A DNA stretch of 61,568 nucleotides, filler included, from Choristocarpus tenellus KU-1152 (GCA_964200185.2; 12 parts of 12 records of this genome joined end to end with filler, not necessarily neighbours in it), one strand, 5' to 3'. Counted from the whole stretch's first letter, positions 23,643 through 37,268 are shown. Notes: generated by a model from the sequence alone, not told the origin. Translations and numbers: made by a program.

Positions 23643-25528
23643 CTATCGCAATCCACCAGGACGTATTGGAGTCCAGAGGATTCCTGAGGTGTTTGGTCCC
23701 CGGCCAACCTCCTGCGTCTTTTGCTCTCTTTTTCTAACTGGAGCGTCCTCTCCCTTTGCATGATGTACCTGGATGGTGCATGAAGTCACGAGATGTGACG
23801 GAAGGAAGTATGAGGTTAGGGTAGCAAAAGCATTTTGTGAAATCGAATTCTCACCCTGTTGAGAGAAATGAGCTCTCAATTCACCAACCTAACATATATA
23901 CAAACTAGAAATTCCTTGCTTCAAACACCCTGTGCCCATAGGTAGGAACCCACGGACAAGGACAACGTTTACAGGGGTTACTATGAAACCCAAGCATATG
24001 CAAGGTCAGAAAACAGTATTTGCCAAGACTTGACCTCCAGCATTTCATGCGCCTGAGTTCTCACCTTTCCTCTATTTCTTTACCCTGTCCAACCTTACCA
24101 GAAAAGTGGGGAAATAGGGAGGGTTATGCAGTTGATGGATGCACTTCTAACTTTGGCAACAAGGCAAGTTTTCACTCATACAATCCTGACACATTTTCGA
24201 CATTTTCCAGCCAAACAAGATTTCTTTGGAATCCACAAACAGTCCTAATCTCCCTTGGTTAAGAGATCTCAAAGTACTATGCACAAATAGGTCACAAGAT
24301 ACCCGCAGCGCCTCCTTGAAACTCTGGTTTCGCGAAACATACGGTATCAAAACTTTTGAACAGGTCGCCCATGAGCACACGGTGCATCTTGCCAAAGGGG
24401 AATACCTCAAGTGATGGGAATTGGAATTGCAAGAATTTCCGCCAAATCAAGATTTAGATTTTGACATTGGAGACACACCTGCACGGCAGAAGCAATGATG
24501 AAACCAAAGACAACATTGAACCCCACTCCGACCACCATGAGTGCTCCCGCCGCCCAATCCATTCGGTGGTGCATCCACCAGCCTCCCCCCCAGAGAAAGG
24601 AGAGGATAAGAGCAAGTACTAGGAGGAGAGAGTCCCACCCACCTCCAAGGAGAGCTACACCGAGGACTAACTGCTCGTGTGCATCAGGGGAGGGTCAAAA
24701 GGTAACTGACACCTCAGGAAGCGATCTCCATGGGGGAAGGGCTTCTAGCTCTTCTTGAAGCACAAGAAATATTCGGGATTGAGCAAAATAATATTCAGTT
24801 TGGTGGACATGGGTGGGCATGACAAGATCAGAGTAAAAGTACGCGACGACAAGAAACACCTCAGTCATGCGTAATCATCGTCCAGAACTCCTTTTTGTTT
24901 TTCATGTTTCCAGGACTTACCAACACTTTGTAATAACTCCACTTCTTTTCTCTGGCTCGCAATCCTGCTCCTACTAGGATTCCTCCTAGTGTCCCCCACC
25001 AAAGGCCAGCTGCGGTGAACAGCTGAAAGCCTGTTATGCTCCTAAACACCACCGTCAGTAGGGCACTCCCAACAATGGTTAGCATGCCTTTAGGTGTGGC
25101 AGGCGGGCCGCAGGATATGGCAAGACTAGATTTTCCAGGGAAGAGTACTAAAAACGGAGTTGGTTTGGGAGGAGATGGAGGCAATTTAGGTGTAGAGCGC
25201 TGCGGCTTGTGCCCAACCTTGTTCCAACTCCCGCGCACAGCTCCCAACGGTAGCATATCTTTGTCTACTTTGACAACAGAATTGACTCTTCCTTCCCAAC
25301 CACTATGCCCGAAATCGCCCCGTAGCGGGTCATCCTGTGAAGTAGGTGAGGACAAGGGGGCGTATACGCATGGTTGATAATTCCCTGACTAAAGCAATGG
25401 AGGCAATACCGCAACCAAGGACTAAAGCAGCGACTCTGCAGTACGCGCTACTTACCCACATTACTGATTCAACCATCGAACGTTTGACCTTTAAACGCTC
25501 GCCTTCCCCTATACCCCAGCCACACCGT
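23643..25528 (-). CDS. Uncharacterised protein with C-terminal multi-pass TM region (5' partial)
   Basis: Exons 25528-25456, 25334-25218, 25147-25088 (tentative, needs a GC donor), 25022-24921, 24670-24479 and 23768-23643. They give RCGWGIGEGERLKVKRSMVESVMWDDPLRGDFG… followed by 3-4 hydrophobic segments. Family not recognised. Confidence 0.6.
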
Positions 25529-26429
25529 CTATGGTGGATCGAGATGTTAGGGAATTCTTGTTTATGTCAGAGACAGGTTCCTTTTTGGGATCTCCGACAC
25601 ACATTGTATGTGTAAGACGTGCGGTCAGATACAATTGCGCGCGCCANNNNNNNNNNNNNNNNNNNNNNNNNNNNNNNNNNNNNNNNNNNNTTAATTAATT
25701 AANNNNNNNNNNNNNNNNNNNNNNNNNNNNNNNNNNNNNNNNNNNNGGGGGGGGGGGAGGGGGATTAGTTACTTGAACATTCCTCAGACCCTCCTCCCCC
25801 ACCTGTTGCTCTGTTCTGTTCTGTTATTACTTTTTTTATGTGTTGACAATCTTGAACACTTGGCACAGTTTTGCATCAGTAATGCAGCAGGTCGGAGTGG
25901 TTAGCAGTTGTGGAAACATTGTTGGTCTTGTTGATTTGCCACAAGATGATGACTTGAGGAGTGGAGATAGCATTGTGTAGTTACGTTATTGATTGATTTG
26001 TTCCTTGCGTCTTGATGATAGCTGTGTTACTCATCCCACCCCCAACCCACATCCCTCCACCACCACCTCCAGAGAATAGATGAAATTGTTTCATGTTACA
26101 GATATTCCTCGATTTTTGACTGAGACATTTCTGTTGACAAAACTCGCTATGCTACTGGAGTATTAACAGTGTTGCCCTGTGTTTATTACCCTTTGGATTT
26201 TGTAGTATTTAACAGCTTTGGTGCATGGGTCAACAAGGGTGCTGGATACAGGAGCAATTGCTTATTCTGATGTCTAACTTCCCACTCTTGAACCTCTTTT
26301 GATCCCTTGATGCCAATTTCATTAGCCATTACATCTATCCCCCAAGATCTTATAGAATCTGTTACTGTTGGGACCTAATAACCCCCACCCCCACCCCTTT
26401 TCCTTCCCCTCACCTCCCTGATCCTACAG

Positions 26430-29400
26430 TCATAACCTTGCATTGCTCCTCCTGAAGGGTGAGCCACTGCAGAACACGGGGGTGATGGGGGCATCAGACG
26501 CCCAGTGGAAGTGGGAGTGGGGTGGAGCAACAAATAAAAGAGACTCGGTTACTAGTGACACCTTAAGTGGGGTAGGGGAAGAAGGGGTGTTGGGATCTGA
26601 TGGGGATGGTGCGAGGGAGAGAGGAAGTGGGGATGTGGAGGGAGCTTTGATTGATGTTGGTAAGTTATCAGCAGCAACAGGGGTGATGGGGGCGGTGGCA
26701 GATGCTTCGAGGGGACTGACTCAACCAAGGCAGGTGGAGGCAGTGCGTCTGCTGGAGAGAGCACTAGTGGTTCACAAGGAGGTGGGTGTCTTTTTTTTGT
26801 TGGGGGGGAAGGGAAGGGAAGGGGGGTGTATCCTGTTGCTGTAGTGGTATTTGCTTTGCTGTCTGCATTTTCAGCTGACTTTCTTTTTTAGGCTTGAGAA
26901 AGCTTTGGCTAGTCTCTTGTTTCACCCAGTCTACACACGTGCGATTTGTGTGTTTTGTAAACATGTGTGCAAAGGTATTAATTGTCAAATTATTTCTTAA
27001 TTCATGACTGCAGACGCTTGGGTCGGACCATCCTGTTACAGAGGAGTCACAAGAAGCACTTTATGTGGCCTTGGGTAATATCGGGGTGCCTATCAAGCCC
27101 CCTCCCCTCAAGGATCAAATGGAGGCCCCACCTTCAGACCCACCACCACCTAGCCTGGAGTGTCTTCTTAGCTTTAAGGTTGAACAGGAACAAGAGCGAC
27201 AGGTTTGTTATGGTGTGGTTTTATCTGGATCTTTTCCCACCACTGTACTTCTTCCTTTTCGTTTAGTACCCGGTCTGAAGGATGAACAGTCCAATAGAGC
27301 ATAACGGAGTCAGCATGGTTGTTCTTGTCTTATCTTGTCTTATCTTGTCTTATCTTGTGTCAAGGGGATATGTTCTGTACATTTACATGTGTTGAAATTT
27401 GTTTCTCATCAATAATTCGCGTCGAATTGTTGGTTCGTGAATGAGAGAGAAGTTTCGGATTTGGATGCAGACCTCTATCCCCTTTTTAATGAGACGGTTT
27501 GAGCTGAGTTTTTGGTTCGAGAATGGAAGAGAAGGTTGTGGAGGTCGACCTCTGTCCCCACTGTTCCCACTCTCATCTCCGCTGATACATATTTTTTTGT
27601 TTTACCTCAGCGGCAGCAACACAGAGAGCTCGAGATAAGGGTCAAGTGGGAAAATGATCAAGCTCGGGCTCAGATCCTTAAGGAAGAGGTTTGTTTTGCG
27701 TGTCTCTCTCGCTAACCCTACCTCCTTGGTTCCCATCCTGCCCGCACTTGAGTCGGGGGGTAAATGTGAGGAGTTTTGGTGATCCTTCAGAAACAGGATA
27801 TTCGGTGTGGTTTTGTTTGTTGAGGATTGTTTGATGTGGTTTTGGAAGATTGTGGTTAGGGCAAAAGGACACATGGAGGATTTAGTTGTTTGATACCATG
27901 TGAGGCAGGTGTCAGCCTTGGCATTCATGATTAGATGCTCCAAGATTTTGAAATACAAATTCCCACAGGTGCTGAAGAGATGTTTTTTACTATCAGAAAT
28001 GCGTGATAGATGTCAATGGGACAGGTATCCCTTGTCTTGTGCTTTTGGGTGGGGACCCACTTCCGGGAACCTGCAAGTGATCATGGTGTTGATATGATCT
28101 ACTTTGCAGTATGCTGATATTCTGAGCCGCTAGTCCTCATGGGGTGATGGATGTGAGATATCAGTAGTAGAGGATATTTTTGTGGAGTTAACATGTGAGA
28201 CATGCACAATCTGGCATACATGGGTCCAGCGAAGTTTTCCCATTGTTGCCAGGGTGTGTGTGATTCCTAAGGCACCATTTATATACCAGGACCATTTCCA
28301 TCCCATCTGGAGTGGTGCAGTGCACAGGGGAGATAACCTGAATTCATGAGCCCCCACCATCATCCTTTTTTTATCACTTGCTAAGGTTGTTTTTCGCACA
28401 CAGGTTAGGATTAGGATTAGGGTTGGGGTTGGAGTTCGATTATCAAAAAGGAGTGTGAATGAGTTAAAAATATGGATCCTTGAGAGGTTGTGGTTCCCCA
28501 GTGCGCACAATACTTCTTCTAGAATGTTTCCTTGGCTGGTTAGGGATGTTTTTCACACACAAGTTATGTCTAGGGTTAGGGTTAGATTTAGGGTAAGGGT
28601 TTCAAAAATGTTTTTGAAGAAATATAAAAAGTATGACATTGAGGGTTCCCCAAGGACCTTGTACCTGATCTCTTTTTATTTCTTTTGTTTGTACTTAATC
28701 ATCTCAAGTCTTAGGTCTTACTTTCCTGCCTCCTTCCACCTTTGTATTTTTTTCCCTGTTGTATGCAGGCGCTTCTGAAGCAGAAGGCGGATGAAGCAGC
28801 GGCTGTAGAGGCAGCTGCAGTGCAGCAGGAGAAAAAAGGACAATTGATTTCTCAGGTAGGCGTGTGGTTTCCCGCCCTCACCCTCATGTTTCTTTAGCTA
28901 TACCATCGTTTATTTGTAATGATATTGTGGAAATAGCTAAGTGCAGTTAGCTGTGTAGGCACAGTATTGGTTCTACATAACCGGAAGGAGTAGTAAACCG
29001 TGGGCATTGGCTTGAACTCAGGTTCTGTTCCTATGATTATGCTGTATCATGGATACAGAGTGACAATCACACTCCTTCAGCTTAGATATTGGATACACCA
29101 GGTCGTCCTTTGTACCTATATCATGTAATATACTAGGTACAGGGTTTTTGCAACACCTTCAGATATATACGTCCAAACACATGACCAACATGCCTTCTCC
29201 ATAGGCACGTTTTTTCCTGTGTGCACTTGGCATCAATAGACCAAAAAGGAACCAATAACACAACGAGAGCTACAAAGCAGGAAGGGTTCCCTCACCTAGA
29301 GAGACGTTTCAAAGCATTGTACAGCGGATTTGTCCATGCAAATTTCATTCGTCGTATGTTCTTCCGTCTGTGTTCAATACCTGTCTCAGGAGTCAAAAGG

Positions 29401-29912
29401 GTGCCTTGACTGCCCCACCTTGCCATGTTTGATGCAATCCATTAGATACTCCCAAACATGCTTCAAACCTTGATGCCTAATTTTCAAATATGTAACTGTA
29501 TTAGCAGCGCAAGCAAGAGCAAGGGAGAATTGCAGCAGCCGCAGCGGCGGCAGCATCAGAGGAGAAGGTGAAACGTGTTTATTCAGAGGAAAAAGAGAAG
29601 CGGTCAGCTTCAGCTGTCAGAGAGAAGACGACTTCGAATGAATCTTTGAATGAATCTTCGAAACGAGGGGGGAGGTTAGAGTCACGCGACATTGTCAAAA
29701 ACAAAGTTGGACAAGGGGAGGGAAATGCTAACGTAGCCCCCAGCTCTGCTCCGCGTTCCCATGCAGTAGGCCTGTTGTTGGGGCCGTCTGCAGGATTGAC
29801 TGGCGCTTCCCCTCGTAGGACGCCATCAGTCCATAACGGATTGCCTGCGACAGAGACCTCGAAGCCACCACCCGGTTCTGTCCCTTCCTCTGAGACCTGT
29901 AGTGTTTCTTGA
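26430..29912 (+). CDS. TPR protein (kinesin-light-chain/nephrocystin-3-type repeat) with coiled-coil tail (5' partial)
   Basis: Exons 26430-26781, 27014-27202, 27611-27688, 28769-28855 and 29505-29912, GT-AG and in phase. HNLALLL…EAVRLLERALVVHKE|TLGSDHPVT is the TPR_10/12 signature, followed by E/Q/K/A-rich helical exons. Confidence 0.75.
27323..27357. repeat. (TCTTGTCTTA)n micro/minisatellite in an intron
   Basis: About 3.5 units visible. Confidence 0.85.
28403..28600 (+). repeat. Degenerate interstitial TTAGGG-like tracts
   Basis: ggttaggattaggattagggttggggtt (28403-28430) and tagggttagggttagatttagggtaaggg (28571-28599). CCCTAA tracts also at 17121-17140 and about 47877. Confidence 0.6.
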
Positions 29913-31370
29913 GTTGTCTTTGGTTGAGTGAACGGGCCACAGGAGGGTTGGATAAGCTTGCTGATGCTCTTGATATTGGGTGTGTGCATAGCATAACCTG
30001 CATGTGTGTTTGTGTGTGTGTGTTTGCTAGGATTTGTATGTACAAGAGTATGTTTTTTTGAGTGCATGTGTGCACGTGTTTTATTAGGGGCGAGTTTGAA
30101 GAAGAAAGAGTCGGTTGGAAATGGATGAACATACTAGGCTGAGTCTACGTCTTGATTTGACTTTCTACATGTGGACATGTGGATCGAAGAGAGCCGATTT
30201 TTGTGTCATTGTAGTCATACTTATGTTTATGGTCATGCGGGTCAGGAAGATTGGAAAGATTCATTTTTAAATACCACGTCATCTTGTATGTTACGTAGTT
30301 TGTTGAGGCGTGGTATATTTTTTTGGGTAGCGTAGTGGACTCATAAAATGTACGATGTGAAATGTGAGTGCTGAAGTGGGCAGAGAATATTACCTTGTAT
30401 AGTTGCTCGTTAGGATGCTTTTTGTTTGTTTCCTACTAAATCTTTCTGTGGTGCGTGAGTTGATATATGGTGACAGAGTTGTTGCCTTGCACCACACTTT
30501 ACTAATTAGTGGATGAGGATAATTCTTTTTTTTACCAGCCGAAGTTGATACGTTGCGGCAGAGGATGTTCCTTAATGCGTAACGCTTTAGGATCAATTGA
30601 ATGAGGGTGGATGTGGTTCAATGTCTTGCTTGAAGGCAATATTACTGCTAAACTAATAGGTCTTGGTTGCATCAGCACGAGTGAAGGCGGAAAGTAATTT
30701 TGCTCTCCAATCTCCGCCGAATCGTGCTTGTTTTCTGTGTATGGGTAGATGGGTTGTTCTTGTGTTCATGTTTGTTTTGATCTTTTGTTGTTGTGTTTCT
30801 TCTGTGGTGATGGATGGTTCAGGTGGATAGGGGGCTGTGACGGAACTGCTGACGAAACTTTGCGCAAATGGCGCACAAAAGTAGGCAAGGGGAGAGTGAA
30901 ATAGGATCCTAGGTAGTTCTGTCTCTATTGCTTTTTCTTCCCCTGTTGGGAAAGGAGTACACGGACCACATGTGATGATGATAAAATAGTCTTTTGCTGA
31001 GTGAGCTCGTGAGGAGCAAGGCACTTGCTTTGAAGGCACTCAGAAGTAAGATGTGTTGTTCCATGCTCATATATTGCTCAATGGATTAGAAGTATTTGTC
31101 CATTGCACACACACATCGTAGTGACATTTAATATATTATATATAGGACGCTGGAATCAGTAAAATAATATATATATATACATGTGTTCCATTCCTAATGT
31201 TGTGGTGATGGTTCTTGTGTTTACCAGGCTTCTTACGATGTTAAAAACGCGAAGTTATCCTTGATACGTGCGTGGATGCACACGGTTTGGAGATATTTGA
31301 ACGTTAACAGTACAACATTTCTGGCAATTTTCACATTACGGTATGGTGATAGTGATTACTGTGATTTTTG

Positions 31371-31410
31371 TTATTATGCCCTCTGACATTTTGCAGAAGG
31401 GTCAGGGAAA
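31371..31410 (-). mobile_element. SINE/LINE-like 3' tail copy
   Basis: ttattatgccctctgacattttgcag, shared with 8826-8875 and 49733-49775. Confidence 0.55.
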
Positions 31411-32039
31411 CTGCGATCAAAATCATACCACTGCAACTCACGGTATGGTAACAGATCGTATAAATTCCGTACACATCACCACCCACAGTAATCACTGGCG
31501 TGATAAAATTCCAAAATTTTGACAAAAATAGCTGTACGAAATAACACGCATAGAATTTAATGCCAAAAAACATGGTAGAAACTGATGTTGGCTCACACTA
31601 AGGAACAGAGAGTAGCGTTGCTGATAATGGCACAGATGAAAGTAACCTAAACAAAGGTTGACTATATCTGGGCAACGGCTGGTAAAGAACCAATCAAATA
31701 CATCTATTTTTTAATCAACCTCTTTTTCTTGGTACCTGACATGGGTGGGTATGAAATCAGGGTGTATAGTTCGGTGTATGGCATGTACCCTTTTCAATGT
31801 TAACCACCATGAAGGGCTATTTCATCAGTCTGAACGAGGGGTTTGTAATTACTGCCTGTCGTATCTCTCCTTCCCAAGTGACCCTTTGTGCCGTTGCTCT
31901 CAAATGATCCATCCTGTATTATTATTTATTATTATTACCCTGTTGTATTGTGTATGGATGTAGTCTATCACGCGCATCACATGGTTTCGAATGGTATTAT
32001 TTGTAGCATTATTCCTCCTTCCAATATGATTAAGTAGTG

Positions 32040-32360
32040 GAACGTTTCCTGGATGAGCTAGCTACACACGCGGTAGGGGGGAGAGGAACTGCTGCAGCTG
32101 AGGCACGAAAGTGCACCCACTACGAGAGCTCATTTGATCCTCGTAGTTATAACCTCAACACCTTCGCAGTGGAAATTTTTGGGTGCCTCGGCAAGTAAGC
32201 GTAATGCTTCCATGATGACCTGGCTACTCACATGGTAGGGGGGAGAGGAACTGGTGGATTTAGCAGGAAAGGAGTAGTTAAATCCCGGCTACGCCAAATT
32301 GTCTCGTTGACTACGCAAGCGGCACTGTCTATACGTGTCATGCGTTTTAAGCTAGAGTCA
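32040..32360 (+). mobile_element. Non-LTR retrotransposon 3' fragment with restriction-like endonuclease (RLE) C-terminus
   Basis: AAAEARKCTHYESSFDPRSYNLNTFAVEIFGCLG…DDLATH…RLRQIVSLTTQAAL fits the RLE pattern 'E..K..HY……P.AVE.FG.LG..A..F…L…IS..LQ'. Contains stops and an internal duplication of about 40 bp. Confidence 0.65.
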
Positions 32361-35300
32361 CCAGGGAGATGGGCATGGAGGCGTTTATTAGATTCTTGGG
32401 ATGCCTCCCTAGCTCCTCCCCCCTGGGTGCAGGAGTAGGTAGATTGGAAGCATAGAACAGAGGATTTTCAAAATTGNNNNNNNNNNNNNNNNNNNNNNNN
32501 NNNNNNNNNNNNNNNNNNNNTTAATTAATTAANNNNNNNNNNNNNNNNNNNNNNNNNNNNNNNNNNNNNNNNNNNNGGTGAGAGATGGCTGCACTGTGCA
32601 TCTTACTGCTTCTACTTGGGTTGTCACTTAGGGGAGTCACTCTGCACACATCTTTCATAAATAGCTCCCCCAAAAAACAAGAGCATTCTGATGTACTTGC
32701 TCCACGATGTTTGCAAGCAAAGCAAAGGATGGAAGAATAACGGAAGGAAAACCTACTTCAAATAGAACAAGCATACACCTTCACGAGTCTAGGACTGCAG
32801 TTGGGGTGATGTCTGTGGCTTGGTTCAGAATGGCGTCAAGGGAACACAATCCTTTCACTTTTAGTCACCTCTTTCTTCCTCGTCTCCTCTCCTTCTCTCC
32901 AATTGCCCGTCAAACTCTCCCACCAGTACATGTTCCAAGCTCTCCAACTCTTCACTGTTATTATGGGGACCAGTCCTCACACATCCCCCTTGCTCTTGGA
33001 ACTGTCCAGGGACAAATTGTAAATAATACCAATATCGAGACCACCTCAATAGGGAACTCCACAGCAGGCAGAGCTTTCCCCTTTTCGCCTGGTCGCTCTC
33101 TCCTGGATTCCACATATAAACATAAGAAGCAGAAGGTATCCTCCTTGAAACAGAAGATGCGAGGAGGCACAGGGCTTATTTTTTCATAGGCAGCCGTGCT
33201 TGAAAACGGGTTAGAGTCTTGAGCACAAGTCTACAATATTCTGCAACTTGAAAATATCATATTGCAGGTGGGGCAGGGATAAGCAAAGACCATAAAAATT
33301 TCTCAACTTCCGCGGGAGTTCGCCATTGCTACATTTCCTGCTGATCTGCACCACCTGAATTTCTGCCCTCAATTTTTCATCCCCTCTTGTATTCCAGGAA
33401 CTATCGATGTATATCTCAACTTTCTGAGGGCACGAATGCCATGAAGATGCTTGAAACTTGAACAAACAAAGCAAAAGGTGAAGCAGGTGCATTTCCTTGT
33501 GCGAGAATTGCGAGAGTGGAGCAGAGTGACGGGTAAGAACTTAGTCTCGTAGTCCTCTTCATGACGTGCAAACTGCTGTGTTACACAACGATAAACACAA
33601 AATTAAATTCCTGCCCGTAATACAATCAGGCATTTCTACATTTTTCTCCATTGAATTGATTCGAGTCCATGAATTTGAAGCATATTCATTATCGAGGAAG
33701 TTGCTCACCTGTCGTTGGGAAATTTGATCCCAGGACACAACTCCAGTTAGTAATTCTATCGTGAGTTAAATTGCGAGGACGCCCACATGTTGTCGTTAGT
33801 GGACCATACACACTTAGAAGAAGTCCTCGGAGACTTTAAGACCAGTAGTTCGTAAACTCCCAAATGCCAACTGAGCAGTCCATCATCTTTTTTGGGTTAA
33901 ATAATGGAATTGGATGAGAACTTCGACTACTGTTGGGTGGTTAGGGGAGAGGAGGATAATCCCAAGAACAAACGAACTTGGTGGAGAGTGAATGATGTTC
34001 GAAGCACAAGGGCCTTTTCGCCTTCATCTGGTCGGACTTGACGACAACGATGCAATCTTAAATTTCAGATGATCGTACCCTCATCTCCAACTCTAACACC
34101 AATTACTCTGTTCTAGTAGGAAGTGTGTTCCACTGTCTAAGAAGCAGTTCGTTAATTGCTTGAATCGATCCAATCGAATTATTCGAATTATTTCATACCA
34201 CAAACGTCGTATTTCAAATCATACGATTTACACACCATGGATATTAATTAAGGTATACAAAACCCCCCCAAACAAACCTTCATGACTTAACTGTTAAGTA
34301 TCACACCTTGTTGACCAGATCACACGATGCTGGAGCAAGCAGGAGAAGAATGATACATGGAAATTAAGTGGCTGTACCCATAGGTTGCCTCTCCAATAAA
34401 CCTGTGGCCGGAATACCAAGGGAACAATGTTTGTGGCGCATTTCCCTTTCTCGATTACTCTGGTGTGAACTATTTCTCTGATGTCTCCCGTCTTGAAAGA
34501 GATTATCGTAGACAAGCTGGAGTCGAGAACCCAGAGGATCTCCTGTGGCCATCTGATATAACATGTATTACCTTCTGGTAAGGTTTGCCACCTTGAATTA
34601 GTCATGCGTTGGATGAATCAGCTCGGATATTGGTTCGAGGGTCTGTTTGATCCATGACGGGAGAGCCAACATCTATCTTTCTTTATCCATATATTAAAGG
34701 CTCATCTAAATTAGGTAAGAAGCGTGGACTTTTTTCCCATAAATCTGTTTTAGTCTGGATGACCTCGGTGTTGTCATCAAGTGAAATGCTCACTCACCCA
34801 AGTCTTTCTTTTCTCGACACATTCGTTCCATTATGTAAGCCTTCACTTACTGGAGGTTCTCCCTGGACCAGCGTTTAAGAAAATTTTGCGAACTTCGGAG
34901 TAAAATATACCACAATGCCTGCGTGCAACAGCTCTGTGACAATATTTCGTGACACAGTAGTGCTCCGGAGGAGGTTCAAGGCCGTTCGATCTGATCTACA
35001 GGGGAGAACACATGTTGGACAATGAGGCTCGTTGGTCAAGCAAGGGTTACGACTGACGACTCTCTTTCAAGGTATGGAAGGTCGCTTCCCTCACCTACTC
35101 ATACGTTCGTGTAATTCTATGCGTACATATGATGACCTACCAGTGCAAGAATGCAATATGGTGTTTCTATTGATAGTGAAAGGATTTGTACGAAGTATGA
35201 ATTGATAACTTCACCTAAAACGGAGTAATTCTAGCAGGAGAAATTCTGATGTGATGTACAGGGACACGGCTGAGGGCATGGGACAAACTTGTCCAGCTTG

Positions 35301-37268
35301 TATTTGGATGCTTCTAACCAGAAGAACACGCATGGTGATTCAGCTTTGCAAGCCAGGCAAAGTCATTGCTCTGCCCTACTCTACTCTGGAACGTGCTGTT
35401 ACTCGCAGCGATGCTGTTCTTCATCGGGGTGTAGTCACCCTCAGATGCACTCTGGAACTGTGGTTCCTTCGCAGACAGATGTTTCTTTGATGTGCTCCCT
35501 GTAAGACTGTCAACTGGGAAACGTTGCAACTGGGTAGTCTGTCGAGTGCAAGACATGTGGAAGAAGTGGAACCCATATTCGCTTGATTTCTGTGAGTTTT
35601 GTGATCTCACCCTGTCTATATAGGATATTTGTTGCATCCCACTTAGGGAGTATATTTGTCGCACCTTTGTGGACTCCTGGAGTACTATCCCTCAACAGCT
35701 AATTGTCAAATTGGTTCACAATTGTGGTCTTATGTTGCACATACGGCAATATATCATAGTGACCTAGCTGTCACACTCATTATCATACCTTCACCAGTAT
35801 TGTTTAGTGAACCTTGAATTGATTGTGATTTCTTGCATACATCATGCAAACTTACATGCAACCTCTGAGAAGTGAGGGTGTGTTTTTCACTTGCAGTCTT
35901 GCTGAATTTACATTCCCCCCATCTCCTGTCCTTCAAAAGTGCATTTCTCAGGACTATGAATCAATAGGATCTATGAGTACATTGACTAAAAAACGCCCAA
36001 TTACACATTGAATCGAAGTGTGCGTGCAGCCCCAAGCACTGTGAGGCGCCATGAGAATGTTTGAGGTGAGGCCCGTGAAGATCTGTGTGAAATGAGTTGC
36101 TGCGAGGATTATTGGATTTTGCAGATGAAATTGCCGACTAGTTGAATAGCATCAATTATGTAACCGATAATTTCGCGACACTCTATGTTGTGGAAAAACG
36201 AATTGCTAAGATTCACAAACCATGGAAAAGAAAAAAAAATCAATGAAAAATAACTTGAGTTACACCAATAAAGGTTTCTGCCCAATATGGTTCCTCTCAA
36301 CAATTTTTTGCAAGCTTTGATAATCACTGTACACAATGCTTTTACTGTTAGCATAAATTGAACAGTGCAAACCCAGCTGATGAGTTGACCTTTTGTAGTC
36401 AATTGGAGGGGCTGTAAACTTGTTTAAAGCGGCAGAAAACAAACCCATTCATTGTCATATCACATTTATGTTTTGTAGGTAATCTATAAATACTTGTGGT
36501 ATTTCAAATGCCTCTTAGAGTGACTAGATCTGCGACATACATAGTGCAATCAGTACAGAATGCGATACCCACTTTGGTACAAATTTGCCCTATTGTTGAA
36601 CCAAGGCCCTCTGAAATCAATGCCTTCCAATTGATAATATATATATATATAATTTTTGCGTAGGAGCAACTATAGTAACAAAACCTGTCATTTGCCGACC
36701 ATGTCCTCTTGGTTGAAGGTTGTATTGCAGTAAATCGTGCTCTTGCGAGTCATGGTAGAGGCATGCATCATGAGCAACAGTTTCATAATTTAAGGTACAT
36801 GTTTTTGTGCTGTTGGTTTGACAAACAGCAATGATACGTTGTATGGCAGTATGATGAGTCGGATAGTAAAAGTGGTGTCGTCTCTGACATAGTAAAAACA
36901 TGACCAGACGGGAGTGCCCCATAATGCACGGGGAACACAACCCACCTCCGGGTAGTAGCTCAGTGTGAGTCATATCTCTCTCCATTGTATGCGCTCAGTG
37001 ATCAGCCCCCATTCTTTGTGAGCCTTCAGCATGCTTGTGCAATATGCATGCACAAAGCCACCTGTAGAATCAGATGCCACATTTGATGGTCTTTATCCCC
37101 TCCCAGTTGCATGTCGTACTCCAGGGGAGTCCGAATTTTGCTTTGAGTTGGGTTTGATTTTCTGTTTCATCAGCAGACTTATGTCGTTGGCAGGGGGGGA
37201 TTGCTATCTAAAGGTCTCGCTGTATCCTTCAAGCATTAAGGTCCTCAGGAAAAAATAAATGTGACTGT

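Noticed and set aside
36377-36410. CTGATGA followed by a hairpin (hammerhead core)
   Set aside because: No GAAA after stem II and no stems I or III.
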